DNA of 64,000 nt from the IMG/VR virus record IMGVR_UViG_3300028454_001154; one strand, given 5' to 3'. Made by a program: the position numbers and the translations under genes. The first letter of the stretch is position 1. Each line of letters begins with the position of its first letter. The notes below the pieces were generated by a model. It saw only the letters and a program-made list of their open reading frames with translations. It was not told the DNA's origin and did not search any database. Positions 52,977 to 63,020 of this stretch are shown piece after piece. The stretch is from an uncultured virus (IMG/VR IMGVR_UViG_3300028454_001154). Its lineage: Duplodnaviria; Heunggongvirae; Uroviricota; Caudoviricetes.

Positions 52977-53566
52977 GAGTAACAGAAGCACTTGAGTTTT
53001 TCCGCACGGTTACAAAAACGTACTTCGCAAATGCCACCGTAGTATATTCACGTCAAAGCCGTGTTGCAAAGCCAGAGCTCGGCTTGGTGGTTATCACACC
53101 CGGGAACCTGAAACGTTCCTATCTGCCCACCTATGAACAGATGGCCCCGAAGTTCATCGGATGCTACGAGTCCAACATCCAGCTCACAATTGACCTGTTC
53201 ACACATGGCTGGCCGATTGAAGAGGAAGGAGTGACCGTCGCATACGAGAATACGGCCCTTGAAGATATGCTGGAGTTCGAGAATTATCTCAATTCGCAGT
53301 ATGTAACTGACCTCTGCCATGCACAGGATACAGCTATTATCATCGAGGGTGAATCTCAGGACCTCACCGGAATCGTCAACGATACCAACTATGAGTATCG
53401 TGCGAGGATCATTGTCTCGCTCCGATTCATTCAGAAGGCGATCGGCTATGCTGGCGTAGAAGGTGGGCGAATCCCTACCTCCACTGGTGGAGGAACAGAA
53501 TGGCTGGCATCGCAAGATGGTGGCTACTTCGAAGATGTTGAAATAGAGGAGGAAGAAAATGTCTAA
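52973..53566 (+). CDS. Tail terminator-like protein
   Basis: Immediately before the sheath gene. YEYRA motif. Confidence 0.6.
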   Translation: MRVTEALEFFRTVTKTYFANATVVYSRQSRVAKPELGLVVITPGNLKRSYLPTYEQMAPKFIGCYESNIQLTIDLFTHGWPIEEEGVTVAYENTALEDMLEFENYLNSQYVTDLCHAQDTAIIIEGESQDLTGIVNDTNYEYRARIIVSLRFIQKAIGYAGVEGGRIPTSTGGGTEWLASQDGGYFEDVEIEEEENV

Positions 53567-54668
53567 GAACTACGATCAGATTGCCAAAGTCAACATCGAC
53601 ATTTCTGGAGCTATCGTTGATGAAGCCAGCTTTGACAATCTGCTTATTGTAGGACCGCTGCCCAGCACAGCTCCGACCGAAGACCCTGAGCTTGTCGGTG
53701 TGTATCGTTCTCTGCAGGATGTCATCAATGCAGGCTGGAGCCTCACTGGTGCTCAGCCTGATCCGGTTGCCGTGGCAGCTCAGGTTGCTTTTGCCCAGAG
53801 CCCGGCGCCCTCGGCTATCTATATTGCTCCGATTCAGGTAGATAACAACGTCGCTGAAGATGTTACCAACACAATCGAAAGAGCGCTCGGAACGCCCGGC
53901 TGGTATGTTTGCTGCCCGGCAGGTGTTGCTTCCAATAAGTTTAGCTCTATTGCCGGAGTTATCGAGGCTCAGGAGAAGCTGTTCGCATATCCTGAAACCA
54001 ACCTTGTAGCCGGAAGTGCTGATGCGCTTGTTGCCGACACATATGCAAGAACGATCGGCGTATACGCCAATCCCAGCGGAACCGCAGCTGTTGATGGTTC
54101 CAGCATCAACAATTTCATTCATGTCGCATTCGTAGCGAAATGGCTTGCTTATCAGTCCGGCAGTGAGACTGCCGCGTTCAAGCAGCTTGCCTTGGTTGAG
54201 CCTTCTGAGCTTACAGCGTCCCAAATGACGAAGCTTGACAACAGCGGTATGAACTACTTTATCACCGTGGGCAACCGTCATATCACCATGAATGGCAAGA
54301 CCAGAAACGGTGAGTGGGCAGATATCATTCGCTTCCGCGACTGGCTGAAGAATGATATGCAGGTTCGCATCGTCAACCTGTTCATTGCCAACCCGAAGAT
54401 CCCGTACACCGATGCTGGCATTGCTCTGGTGCAGAATCAGATGCTGGCTTCCCTTAAGGCAGGTCAGGATGCCGGAGGCATCGCTCCCGATGAATACGAT
54501 GAGCTTGGTGATCTGATCCCTGCTTATCGGACAACTGTGCCGCTGGCGGCGTCTATCTCCGCTGCTGACAGAGCATCGCGCAGGCTCACCGGATGCAAGT
54601 TCACCGCGAGACTGTCTGGCGCGATCCATTATGCCGAGATCAACGGCACCGTTTCTTACACATTCTAA
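53559..54668 (+). CDS. Tail sheath protein (DUF3383-type)
   Basis: F.Q.P.P, GEWADIIRFRDWL, KIPYTDAGI, LSGAIH. Confidence 0.85.
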   Translation: MSKNYDQIAKVNIDISGAIVDEASFDNLLIVGPLPSTAPTEDPELVGVYRSLQDVINAGWSLTGAQPDPVAVAAQVAFAQSPAPSAIYIAPIQVDNNVAEDVTNTIERALGTPGWYVCCPAGVASNKFSSIAGVIEAQEKLFAYPETNLVAGSADALVADTYARTIGVYANPSGTAAVDGSSINNFIHVAFVAKWLAYQSGSETAAFKQLALVEPSELTASQMTKLDNSGMNYFITVGNRHITMNGKTRNGEWADIIRFRDWLKNDMQVRIVNLFIANPKIPYTDAGIALVQNQMLASLKAGQDAGGIAPDEYDELGDLIPAYRTTVPLAASISAADRASRRLTGCKFTARLSGAIHYAEINGTVSYTF

Positions 54669-54684
54669 GGAGGTCGAAGAGTAA

Positions 54685-55101
54685 ATGGGACAGATTCATA
54701 CCTATAACCCGAAAGAAGTCATCATTTCGCTTGGCCCCCACACTGTAACCGGATACGCTGAAGACAGCTTCATCACTGTTGATTCCAACGGCGACGGCGT
54801 GACCAAGAAGGTCGGTGCTGACGGCGAGATTGTCCGCAGCATCAGCCCTGATGACACCTACAATGTCAAGCTCGTTGTTCTGAGCTCGTCTCCCACGAAC
54901 TCGTTCCTGCAGAACAAGTTCAATCAGGACAGGCTTCAGGGCGACGCTATGTTCCCGATCCAAATTAAGGATCTGAAGGGCGGCATGCTTTTCTCGTCTG
55001 ATGCCGCATGGCCTATCAAGCCCGCGAGCCGTGGTTTCGGCCGTGAATCCGGCAACCGTGAGTGGGACCTGCAGACTGGCTCCGGAATGATCACGGAGTA
55101 G
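54685..55101 (+). CDS. Tail tube protein
   Basis: TYNPKEV, G.DGE..RS, S.TN.FL, REW. Follows the sheath gene. Confidence 0.8.
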   Translation: MGQIHTYNPKEVIISLGPHTVTGYAEDSFITVDSNGDGVTKKVGADGEIVRSISPDDTYNVKLVVLSSSPTNSFLQNKFNQDRLQGDAMFPIQIKDLKGGMLFSSDAAWPIKPASRGFGRESGNREWDLQTGSGMITE

Positions 55102-55166
55102 TAATTCCAAGGCCGCTCCAGCGATGGGGCGGCCTTTTCTCAAAAACAAATGGGGGTTGAAAAGCA

Positions 55167-55697
55167 ATGAAACAGACGGAGGTTATTGAAAAACGGATAG
55201 GGGAGAATACATTCTACCTCAGGCCGTTTGGCGCCTTCATTGCCGCTAATCTCAGCGGTGAATTGATGGCTATTCTCACGCCGATCATTGGAGCTATCGC
55301 TCCGATTATTTCCGGCGCAATGGGGGAGAACCCTCAGAGTGCTGAAGACTTCGATATCATGAAACTTGACACAGATTCGGCTCTGCCTGCATTGAGCAAG
55401 GCTCTCAGTAGCCTGTCTGGTGATGATTTCGAAGCACTCATGAAAAAGCTGCTTATCACCTATCGTAATGTATCGGTCGAAGGACCTGTCACGGATGGTA
55501 TGACCAAGCAGCTCGACTATGATCTTGCCAATGAAGTGTTCTGCGGGGAACTGCAGGATATGCTTGTTCTCTGCTTCGAGGTCCTGAAGCTTAATTTTGG
55601 CGGTTTTTTCGCGAAGCTGTTCGCCCGATTTGGCGTCCAAGCGGCTATGCCTCAGGTAGTGGAGACAGCTACGAAAAATATGGCGAACTTGATTTAG
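55167..55697 (+). CDS. Tail assembly chaperone (with -1 frameshift extension to 55882)
   Basis: Between tube and tape measure. Slippery T TTT TTC at 55604-55610, and the -1 frame is open to TGA 55880-55882. Confidence 0.8.
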   Translation: MKQTEVIEKRIGENTFYLRPFGAFIAANLSGELMAILTPIIGAIAPIISGAMGENPQSAEDFDIMKLDTDSALPALSKALSSLSGDDFEALMKKLLITYRNVSVEGPVTDGMTKQLDYDLANEVFCGELQDMLVLCFEVLKLNFGGFFAKLFARFGVQAAMPQVVETATKNMANLI

Positions 55698-55903
55698 AAC
55701 AATTCTCCGATCTGGAGCTCAGAATGTACATCCTGATAAAGGATCATATGGCTTCCATGTGGGAGTTGAAAGAGATATACACATTGGATGAAGCGCTCAA
55801 ACTGTATGCCCTCCGCCAAATGGATATCGACATACAGTCGGGCCAAGCCGAGGAAATGCGAAGAAGCGCTGATAACCACTGATGGAAAAGGAAGTGATTT
55901 GAT

Positions 55904-57970
55904 TTGACGATAGCGGAGTTTGTCAACAGTGTTGGCTTTCGAGTAAACAAGCAAGACGTTCAAGCAGTCAATTCCACCATCAACTCAATAGCGAATACTG
56001 CGAAGAAGCTCCTCGGCGCTCTCGGCATCGGCTTCAGCTTGAAGTACCTCAACTCGCTTGCAGAAGAGTTTGACGGTATCGGCGACAGGATCGCTTATGC
56101 TGCCGGAGAAGGTGCAAACCTTGAAGAAATCCAGAAGAAGATTCTTCAATCCGCGAATAATAGCCGTGCGACATATGCCAGCATGGCTAACTCTGTCATA
56201 GCCCTAAAGCAGGCGAACGAGAAAATCTTTCCGTTGGATGAAGCGGCGACGTTCGTCGAGTATGTCAATAAGCTCGGTGCGACAGCAGGCTACTCTGATA
56301 GTGAGATTTCTGCCATGCATGCTACCATCAAGCGTGTGGCTGCAAGTGGTAAGGCCAGCGCAAACGATGTCACCAGAATGATCAGCCAGACACCTGCATT
56401 ATCAAAGGTGCTTGGAGAAAGTCTCGGAAAGACGAACGAGCAACTGATCGCAATGGGCAAGAGCGGACAGCTTACCGCAGAAACCATCAAGAAAGCTGTC
56501 ATCGGCTCAGCCGAATCAATCGATAAAGCCTACGGAGAGTTGTCCTTTGGAGTAAGCGATGCTCTCCGTTACATACGCAACAGCTTTGGCTTCTGGGTCG
56601 ATGAGACCAACAAAATGTTCGGCATAACAGATATGGTCGGACGCAATATGGCAAAGCTGTTCGATAAACTTCTATCGCTCCTCAGTAAAGCGCGCACCGG
56701 AGTGCAATGGCTGAACGATAAAGTTGGCGGAACTGAAAACCTGATAAAATCGCTTCTTATTGTAATTGGCCCGTTTCTCCTTGCGTGGAAGTTCCCTGCA
56801 ATCCTTTCTGGACTGGAGAAGATTTGGAAGTTCATTAAGGTTATCAGCAATGTTCTCCATCCGCTTTATATAACTTTAATAGCTATCGCGCTTATTGTTG
56901 AAGATTTTATCGGCTTCATGCAAGGTAAAGACTCTGTGATAGGCTATGCTTTTGAAAAAGCTGGCATTGATGCAGAAACAATGCGTGATAAGATTATTCA
57001 CATTTGGGGCAATCTCAAGAAGTTCTTTGCTGGTGTGTGGGACTCGCTAAAAAAGATAGCAGAGCCAGTTATCAATTGGCTTAAAAAGAAGCTCGGCGAT
57101 GATTTGTTTGAAAATCTTGGAGAAGGATTTGCAGGCGTCATTGAGTTCATTGATCGCCTTACAGGAAAACTTAGCGAAGATAAAGGAGAGCAGTCCTTCA
57201 TCGCGTGGATCATTGCATTCGGCGCTTTAGCTAAGTTTTTTTCTCCTATACTCAGCTTCTTCAAAATCGGAAGCGGACTGTTAAAGCTTCTACGGACAGA
57301 TGTCGCAGAAACCGTAGACAAAGGGAAGGAAGCTGGTGGGCTTGTGAAAAAAGCACCAGCGTTGCTCTCTTTGCTTGGAAATAAGGTTTTTTGGATTGCT
57401 GCCGCTATAGCTGCCGTTGTCGCTATTGGAGTTGTTGTCTACAAGAATTGGGATACCATCAAAGAGAAAGGAAAGGCTGCATTCGAGGCCATCCATAAGG
57501 CTATTGAACCCGTAGTCGAAATCCTCCAGTTCCTTGGTGGCATTATTGAAGGCGTTATTTCTGGAATCGGAAAAGTCGTCAATTGGGTCAAGGGATTTTC
57601 TTGGTCGGCTGATGGAAAGATTCAAGCTCCACAACTTAACGTTTCAGCGGCGGATGGCTATGAAAGAAACGGTGTTGAACATTACGGCGGTGGACGCAGC
57701 GAAACGAATTATAAAGATAAGGCTAATGCCTTGCTTTACGGATACAATGAGGCTGCAGGACAAATCAGGACATCCCAGTATGCAAAGAAAAGCACGGCAG
57801 TGTCCAGCACACGGAACACCACGAACAATAAGACAGTTAATCAGAAGGTTGAAATCCACAACACATTCAACGGCGATAAGGCGGGACAGGAAAAATCTGC
57901 TTCTGCCATGAATAAGGCTGCCAGCGATGCTTCTGATCAGCTTGCGAGAAGTCTTGCATATTGTCAGTAA
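55904..57970 (+). CDS. Tape measure protein
   Basis: TTG start, tape-measure N-domain (..MGKSGQLTAE), hydrophobic helices and W-spaced repeats (KNWDTIK). Confidence 0.88.
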   Translation: MTIAEFVNSVGFRVNKQDVQAVNSTINSIANTAKKLLGALGIGFSLKYLNSLAEEFDGIGDRIAYAAGEGANLEEIQKKILQSANNSRATYASMANSVIALKQANEKIFPLDEAATFVEYVNKLGATAGYSDSEISAMHATIKRVAASGKASANDVTRMISQTPALSKVLGESLGKTNEQLIAMGKSGQLTAETIKKAVIGSAESIDKAYGELSFGVSDALRYIRNSFGFWVDETNKMFGITDMVGRNMAKLFDKLLSLLSKARTGVQWLNDKVGGTENLIKSLLIVIGPFLLAWKFPAILSGLEKIWKFIKVISNVLHPLYITLIAIALIVEDFIGFMQGKDSVIGYAFEKAGIDAETMRDKIIHIWGNLKKFFAGVWDSLKKIAEPVINWLKKKLGDDLFENLGEGFAGVIEFIDRLTGKLSEDKGEQSFIAWIIAFGALAKFFSPILSFFKIGSGLLKLLRTDVAETVDKGKEAGGLVKKAPALLSLLGNKVFWIAAAIAAVVAIGVVVYKNWDTIKEKGKAAFEAIHKAIEPVVEILQFLGGIIEGVISGIGKVVNWVKGFSWSADGKIQAPQLNVSAADGYERNGVEHYGGGRSETNYKDKANALLYGYNEAAGQIRTSQYAKKSTAVSSTRNTTNNKTVNQKVEIHNTFNGDKAGQEKSASAMNKAASDASDQLARSLAYCQ

Positions 57971-57982
57971 GGAGGAGACTGG

Positions 57983-58603
57983 ATGAGAGCAAAACAGCCT
58001 GTATCTATCTCTGGCATAGAGTTTGATGCTTTGATCGAAGAAGAGCGAACTCTTGAAGCTACCGTCCCTGAGTATGCAGTGGAGTCAGGCTTCTCTGTGA
58101 GCGACGCAATTCTTTTCAATCCGGAAACACTGTCCATGACGTTGTTTGTAACTGACTCTCCGGTCAGTTGGGCAACGATACACCAGACCGAGCGCGGACG
58201 CACTGAACGAATCTGCAAGCAGTTGGAGGAATTGTATTTCAAATCCGAACCTGTCACTGTCATCACCACGGATTCGTCGTACACAGATATGGCGATCACG
58301 AGCATATCGTTCCGCAAGACTGCAGAATATGGTTATTCCAAAGAAATCCCGATCAGCTTCAAGAAGATCCGTGTCACGTCCCTGCAGACCACCAGCATCC
58401 CAGATTACTATGGAAAGTCCGGTGGCACAACGACATCTGCTGGTTCGGCTAATACGTCAAATGGCTCGACGTCCGGCAACAATAAGAATGGATCTGAAAG
58501 TGAGCGGAAGAAAACCATTCTTAAGTCCCTGTTTGATTCTGCTGGAATAACTCAGGACGGATCTGGAACCGCTAATAACAACACAGGCGTTATCGTAACG
58601 TAG
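57983..58603 (+). CDS. Baseplate/tube-initiator (Dit-like) protein
   Basis: FDA..EE......PEYAVESG..VSD, Y.DMAI.SI. Confidence 0.7.
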   Translation: MRAKQPVSISGIEFDALIEEERTLEATVPEYAVESGFSVSDAILFNPETLSMTLFVTDSPVSWATIHQTERGRTERICKQLEELYFKSEPVTVITTDSSYTDMAITSISFRKTAEYGYSKEIPISFKKIRVTSLQTTSIPDYYGKSGGTTTSAGSANTSNGSTSGNNKNGSESERKKTILKSLFDSAGITQDGSGTANNNTGVIVT

Positions 58604-58611
58604 GAGACCTT

Positions 58612-58938
58612 ATGGAATACACAATCATCGAAGTCCCTGATTTGAACGATAGTCTGTCCCGCATTGTTCTTAATGGGACGGTTTATCATATTCGGTTCAC
58701 ATATAACGATACGAAAGACTTCTGGAAGTTCGGCGTCTATACGGCTCTGGATGAACCTATAGCAATCGGGATCAGAGTTGTCCCGAACTTTTTCCTCAAC
58801 CTATTCACTGGATCGGAAGACTTCCCGGTCGGAGGCTTTGCAGCACTTACTACCCTTGACCATATCGGAAGGTATGATTTTCGGGATGGCGTTGCCCAAT
58901 TCGTTTATTTCCCGATTGACCTAAAACGCAGATCGTAG
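58612..58938 (+). CDS. Baseplate plug-like protein
   Basis: L.G..Y...F.YN....W, GI.VVP. Position in the baseplate module. Confidence 0.6.
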   Translation: MEYTIIEVPDLNDSLSRIVLNGTVYHIRFTYNDTKDFWKFGVYTALDEPIAIGIRVVPNFFLNLFTGSEDFPVGGFAALTTLDHIGRYDFRDGVAQFVYFPIDLKRRS

Positions 58939-58998
58939 CGTCTACTATAACGTTATTGTCACCGTGACAAATTGGCAGGTTCCTTAAAGGAGGTTTTT

Positions 58999-59880
58999 GT
59001 GGCTAACTATCAGAACTTTGATCGACAATACAGGCTGGCTGCAGGCCCCGGAGGAGGAACCGGGTTTGAAATCGGAGCTACTACTCCTGAACAGCCAGTG
59101 CCTCTGCACATCGAGTTTTCGCTTCAGAAAAGCGATGATGATAAGCAAAACACAGGAAAGGTGACAGTCTGGAACCTCAACAAAGACCATCTGTCTGTTC
59201 TGGACAGGAAGAACTGCGTCTTGTCTTTGAGAGCGGGTTACGGTGATCGAATCGCGTTGGTCTTTGCCGGAAACGTTTCTTATTCAAAGACCACGCTGGA
59301 CAGTGCAGACCGCAAGACTGAGATCGAGATTGTAGACAGCCTTGTCGCAACGCGAGACACCTATGTTTCGCTGGCTTACAGCGGAACGGTGAGCTGGAAA
59401 GCCATCATAGACAATCTGGCTAACCAAATGGGTGTGGCTGTGACTTATTCATACAATGCCACCTTCAAGGATGCCGTGAATGGCTTCTCTTTCGTAGGGA
59501 AAGCAAAAGATGCCTTAACAAAGGCCTGCAATAGCTGTGGCCTCACTTGGACGCTGCAGAATGGAGTTCTCCAGATCAAGAGACCCGGCGATGTCATGAG
59601 CAAGGAAGTCTACCTGCTTAATGCTGACACGGGACTTATTGAGATTCCTGCAAGAGTGTCTTTGGAGAAAAGCTCCACTAAAGATAACGGCACGTCCGAA
59701 AAACAGCTTGGCTGGGAAGTTGTGTATTTCCTCAACGCATCCATCGATATCGGCGACTATGTCAAACTGGAGAGTAAAACCGTGACTGGTTACTTCCGCG
59801 TGAAGAAGCTCGAAATCACCGGGGACAATGTGTCTGGTGACTGGGTATGCAAAGCCCAGCTTTTGGAGGTGAAGGGATAA
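58999..59880 (+). CDS. Baseplate hub protein
   Basis: VWNL, LRAGY, W.LQNG.L, L...TGLI..P, GDN..GDW. GTG start after AAGGAGG. Confidence 0.7.
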   Translation: MANYQNFDRQYRLAAGPGGGTGFEIGATTPEQPVPLHIEFSLQKSDDDKQNTGKVTVWNLNKDHLSVLDRKNCVLSLRAGYGDRIALVFAGNVSYSKTTLDSADRKTEIEIVDSLVATRDTYVSLAYSGTVSWKAIIDNLANQMGVAVTYSYNATFKDAVNGFSFVGKAKDALTKACNSCGLTWTLQNGVLQIKRPGDVMSKEVYLLNADTGLIEIPARVSLEKSSTKDNGTSEKQLGWEVVYFLNASIDIGDYVKLESKTVTGYFRVKKLEITGDNVSGDWVCKAQLLEVKG

Positions 59881-60401
59881 TGCTTTCTGAGTTTGTTGAT
59901 ATGGTGCATGAGACCGCCAAGAATGTAATGAACGGAATGCACACCGCATTCCCGGGTGAGATTGTCAGCTTTGATCCCTCCACATGCCGAGCCACCATCA
60001 TGCCGAAGATGTTCTTTCGCATACCGTCTGGCGGCACATTACCATATCCGAATGTATCCGGTGTCCCGGTCGTGATTCCTCAGTCAGCTGCACAGGGCAC
60101 AACAATCGCATTTCCGATTAAGCCGGGAGATGGCTGTCTTGTAATCGTTGCTGAGCAAAGCCTCGACTATTGGATGTACGGAATCAACCGCGATGGCAAC
60201 GAAGGATCCGATCTTGGGTTTGACCTGACGAATGCCATTTGCATTCCCGGCCTGTTTGTCACACCGAATGCTGCGTTGGCGAAGGCTTGCGCGGAAAACG
60301 CTGTTGTCATCCAATCTCCAAAGGTAATCGTTGACGGTGATTTGCATGTTGACGGAGATCTCACTGTTTCCGGCAGCTATCCGTACTACGATCCAAATTA
60401 A
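59880..60401 (+). CDS. Baseplate spike (Gp138/gpV-like)
   Basis: HTAFPG.IVSFD, FPIKPGDGCL, FDLTNAICIPG. Confidence 0.75.
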   Translation: MLSEFVDMVHETAKNVMNGMHTAFPGEIVSFDPSTCRATIMPKMFFRIPSGGTLPYPNVSGVPVVIPQSAAQGTTIAFPIKPGDGCLVIVAEQSLDYWMYGINRDGNEGSDLGFDLTNAICIPGLFVTPNAALAKACAENAVVIQSPKVIVDGDLHVDGDLTVSGSYPYYDPN

Positions 60402-60529
60402 CGCACAAATCCCACCAAAGCCCCGGGAAAACGAGGAACGCTGATCGGAAACACACTTACCAAAAACTACGTTTCAGGCTTTCTTGGGCTTTTCGGAGGA
60501 ACTATACGCCATCCAGAAAGGAAACACAC

Positions 60530-60883
60530 ATGAACGATGTTTTGCTTACAAAAGACGGGGATATCGTTGTGACAGAGAATGGAGACATTTCGCTTACTGA
60601 CAGTATTCGGCAGGCGGTAGCTATCCGATTGAAATGGATTTACCACGAATGGCGGCTTGGACCCGAATTTGGTTTGCCGTGGTTTGAAGAAATCTGGGTA
60701 AAGAACCCGAACATTCTGAAGATCAAGAGCCTTATCCGCAGCGAGATCGTGCAGGTGCAAGGCGTTGACAATGCTATCGTCACCAATGTCCAGTATGATC
60801 CCAAGTCTCGTAAAGCAAAGTTCGATTACGATATCTATATTGGGGAAGACAAGTATCGAGAGGAGGTAGAGCTCGTTGGCTGA
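60530..60883 (+). CDS. Baseplate wedge/sheath initiator (gp25-like)
   Basis: Q....RL.W...EW......GLPW, I..V.GV. Confidence 0.7.
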   Translation: MNDVLLTKDGDIVVTENGDISLTDSIRQAVAIRLKWIYHEWRLGPEFGLPWFEEIWVKNPNILKIKSLIRSEIVQVQGVDNAIVTNVQYDPKSRKAKFDYDIYIGEDKYREEVELVG

Positions 60884-62348
60884 TTATGGTTTGACCAACA
60901 AAGGGCCGAATATCAAGCGTCTGGATGTTATTCTTGACCAGATGCATTCCCAGCTCAGCGATGCATGGGGAGTCAATACACGGCAAAATCCACAGTCGTT
61001 TATCAACCATCTTCTGACGAATATTGCCGATAGAATCGCGGAACTCTGGGAGTTCGGCGAAGATGTGTACTATTCGCAGTATCCGTCTTCTGCTGAAGGA
61101 GAAAATCTTGATATGGCTGTCCAGTACGGCGGCATTACAAGAGAGCAGGCGAGAAAATCCTACTATCCGATTCATGTTACTGGTGATGATAACACTGAGC
61201 TTCCAACGGGAACGATGCTCAGCACAACTACGAAGCCAAAAACAAATCTGATTATAGATGAGCCTCAGAAGATAACCACGCAAGCCTTCAATGAAATCGA
61301 ACTGCAGATTGGCACCTTGATTCCGAACAATTGGTATTCCATTGTTTTGAATGATTTTGAAGTAAAAGCCTACGCTTCAAGCACAACTACAAAATCAGTC
61401 CTCATGATTCAGTTGGTAAGTGGAATCAATAACCTTGCTGCATTTAGCGCTGGCGTCTCCGGCTTGACAGAAGATGAGCAAGTCTTGTGGATCAAAGCGA
61501 GAGATACTGCTTCCTCCAACACTATTTCCGTCAGCGCTGGTGTTGAAATCAACGAAGTCACTTCCGTCATTCTATTTGCAACAGAAGAGTATGGGGATAT
61601 TGTTATTCCCGATGGAGCCGTTACTGAGGTTATTGGCACACTGTCTGACAAGATCAGTGTCACAAACAAGTGCCCCTATATTCCCGGCAGAGAGCAAGAG
61701 ACTGACACCCAGCTCCGGCAAACGTATGCATCCAAGATATTCAACCGCTCGTCCACGATGACAGATAGCATCAAGTCTGCGATCCTCACAAACGTGGAAA
61801 CTGTACAGAGCTGCGCGGTTTATGAGAACGATACAGATGTCACAGATTCCTCCGGAAGGCCTCCCCATAGTATTGAGGTCATCGTTGACAGCGGCACCGA
61901 ATCTACAAGCGATGGTCAAGCCATTGCGCAACAAATCCTCAATACCAAAGCAGCAGGCATTTCTACCTTCGGAACAGAATCGTACACATTAACGGGCAAC
62001 AATGGTGAAGAGATCGTCGTCCGATTCAATCGACCTGAGAGTATTGACGTGTACTTCCAGCTGCTCGTAACGCCTATCGACAGTTCGACTTTTGTGTTGA
62101 CGAACGAGATCAAAGACACCATGAAGGACATTGTGCTCAACTACATGACCATCCTCACAGCTGGACAAGCTGTCATTCCGCAACAGTTTATGACACCGCT
62201 TTACGATGCAGTTGAGGGTATCTCTTATATCGATATTGGAATCGGTATTGGCAGCTCTGCTTCGTACAACGCAAGAAGCTTTACCCCTACTGCGCGTCAA
62301 AGAGCTGTATCCACCGCGAGCAAGATTGTGGTGATTCTTGATGAATGA
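60876..62348 (+). CDS. Baseplate J/gp47-family protein
   Basis: YGLT..G, AEG.NLD, G...ETD..LR, YENDT, PPHSIE, IA..I...K.AGI.T.G. Confidence 0.88.
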   Translation: MADYGLTNKGPNIKRLDVILDQMHSQLSDAWGVNTRQNPQSFINHLLTNIADRIAELWEFGEDVYYSQYPSSAEGENLDMAVQYGGITREQARKSYYPIHVTGDDNTELPTGTMLSTTTKPKTNLIIDEPQKITTQAFNEIELQIGTLIPNNWYSIVLNDFEVKAYASSTTTKSVLMIQLVSGINNLAAFSAGVSGLTEDEQVLWIKARDTASSNTISVSAGVEINEVTSVILFATEEYGDIVIPDGAVTEVIGTLSDKISVTNKCPYIPGREQETDTQLRQTYASKIFNRSSTMTDSIKSAILTNVETVQSCAVYENDTDVTDSSGRPPHSIEVIVDSGTESTSDGQAIAQQILNTKAAGISTFGTESYTLTGNNGEEIVVRFNRPESIDVYFQLLVTPIDSSTFVLTNEIKDTMKDIVLNYMTILTAGQAVIPQQFMTPLYDAVEGISYIDIGIGIGSSASYNARSFTPTARQRAVSTASKIVVILDE

Positions 62349-63000
62349 TTACACGGTCTATCTTCGCGATGATTTGCTTGAACAGTTTAAGGAGCAGCCA
62401 AACATTGAATCTCTTATCCAAGTAATCGGCAAGCAGTTGCAGGATGTTTACGAGTTCTTAGAAGACCTTTCCGCGCTCAGATGGATTGATTCTGCAAAGG
62501 GCATTCAGCTTGATCGAGTTGGAGATATCGTTGTTCTCTCAAGAGCTGAGGCTCTGAAGCTGCTTGGAAGATCTGGAACTATTACTGATGACGAGTATAG
62601 ATATCTTCTAAAATACAAGATTTTCAGAAACTCCGTCACACCGACTTACCCAGATATGATGCGAGCGATCCGTACATTCTGGACCAAGCCTTTATATTAC
62701 GGAGAGAAGCCTGAGAATCCTGCAACTATCTTCCTCAAAACCGATCCGCTTTCTGATCAGACGGATATAGAAACGGTCGTAACTATTCCGGTGCCGAAGC
62801 CAGCAGGTGTTCAGCTGGCTATTGAACTGCAGAACCCCACAAAAAGAGAGAACCTCGCATGTGGGATGGTTTCATATACCGTTCAGCATATCAAGGTCAC
62901 ATGTGAGAAGCCAGGCGTTACTGTGTTTGTACTTGTAGACGAAAACGGAAATCAGCTTTTGGATGAGTACGGAAACCGCATTCTGGACAATGCGTTGTAA
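62341..63000 (+). CDS. Baseplate wedge protein (DUF2612-like)
   Basis: AKGIQLD.VG.IV, DDEYR..LK.KI, PKPAGV. Confidence 0.75.
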   Translation: MNDYTVYLRDDLLEQFKEQPNIESLIQVIGKQLQDVYEFLEDLSALRWIDSAKGIQLDRVGDIVVLSRAEALKLLGRSGTITDDEYRYLLKYKIFRNSVTPTYPDMMRAIRTFWTKPLYYGEKPENPATIFLKTDPLSDQTDIETVVTIPVPKPAGVQLAIELQNPTKRENLACGMVSYTVQHIKVTCEKPGVTVFVLVDENGNQLLDEYGNRILDNAL

Positions 63001-63020
63001 TGATAAACAGGAGGTAATAG

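Noticed and set aside
42929..54629. Other long minus-strand ORFs (42929-44050, 53475-54629; also 8424-9383 and 35982-36827)
   Set aside because: Each fully overlaps a well-supported plus-strand gene and has no motif support.
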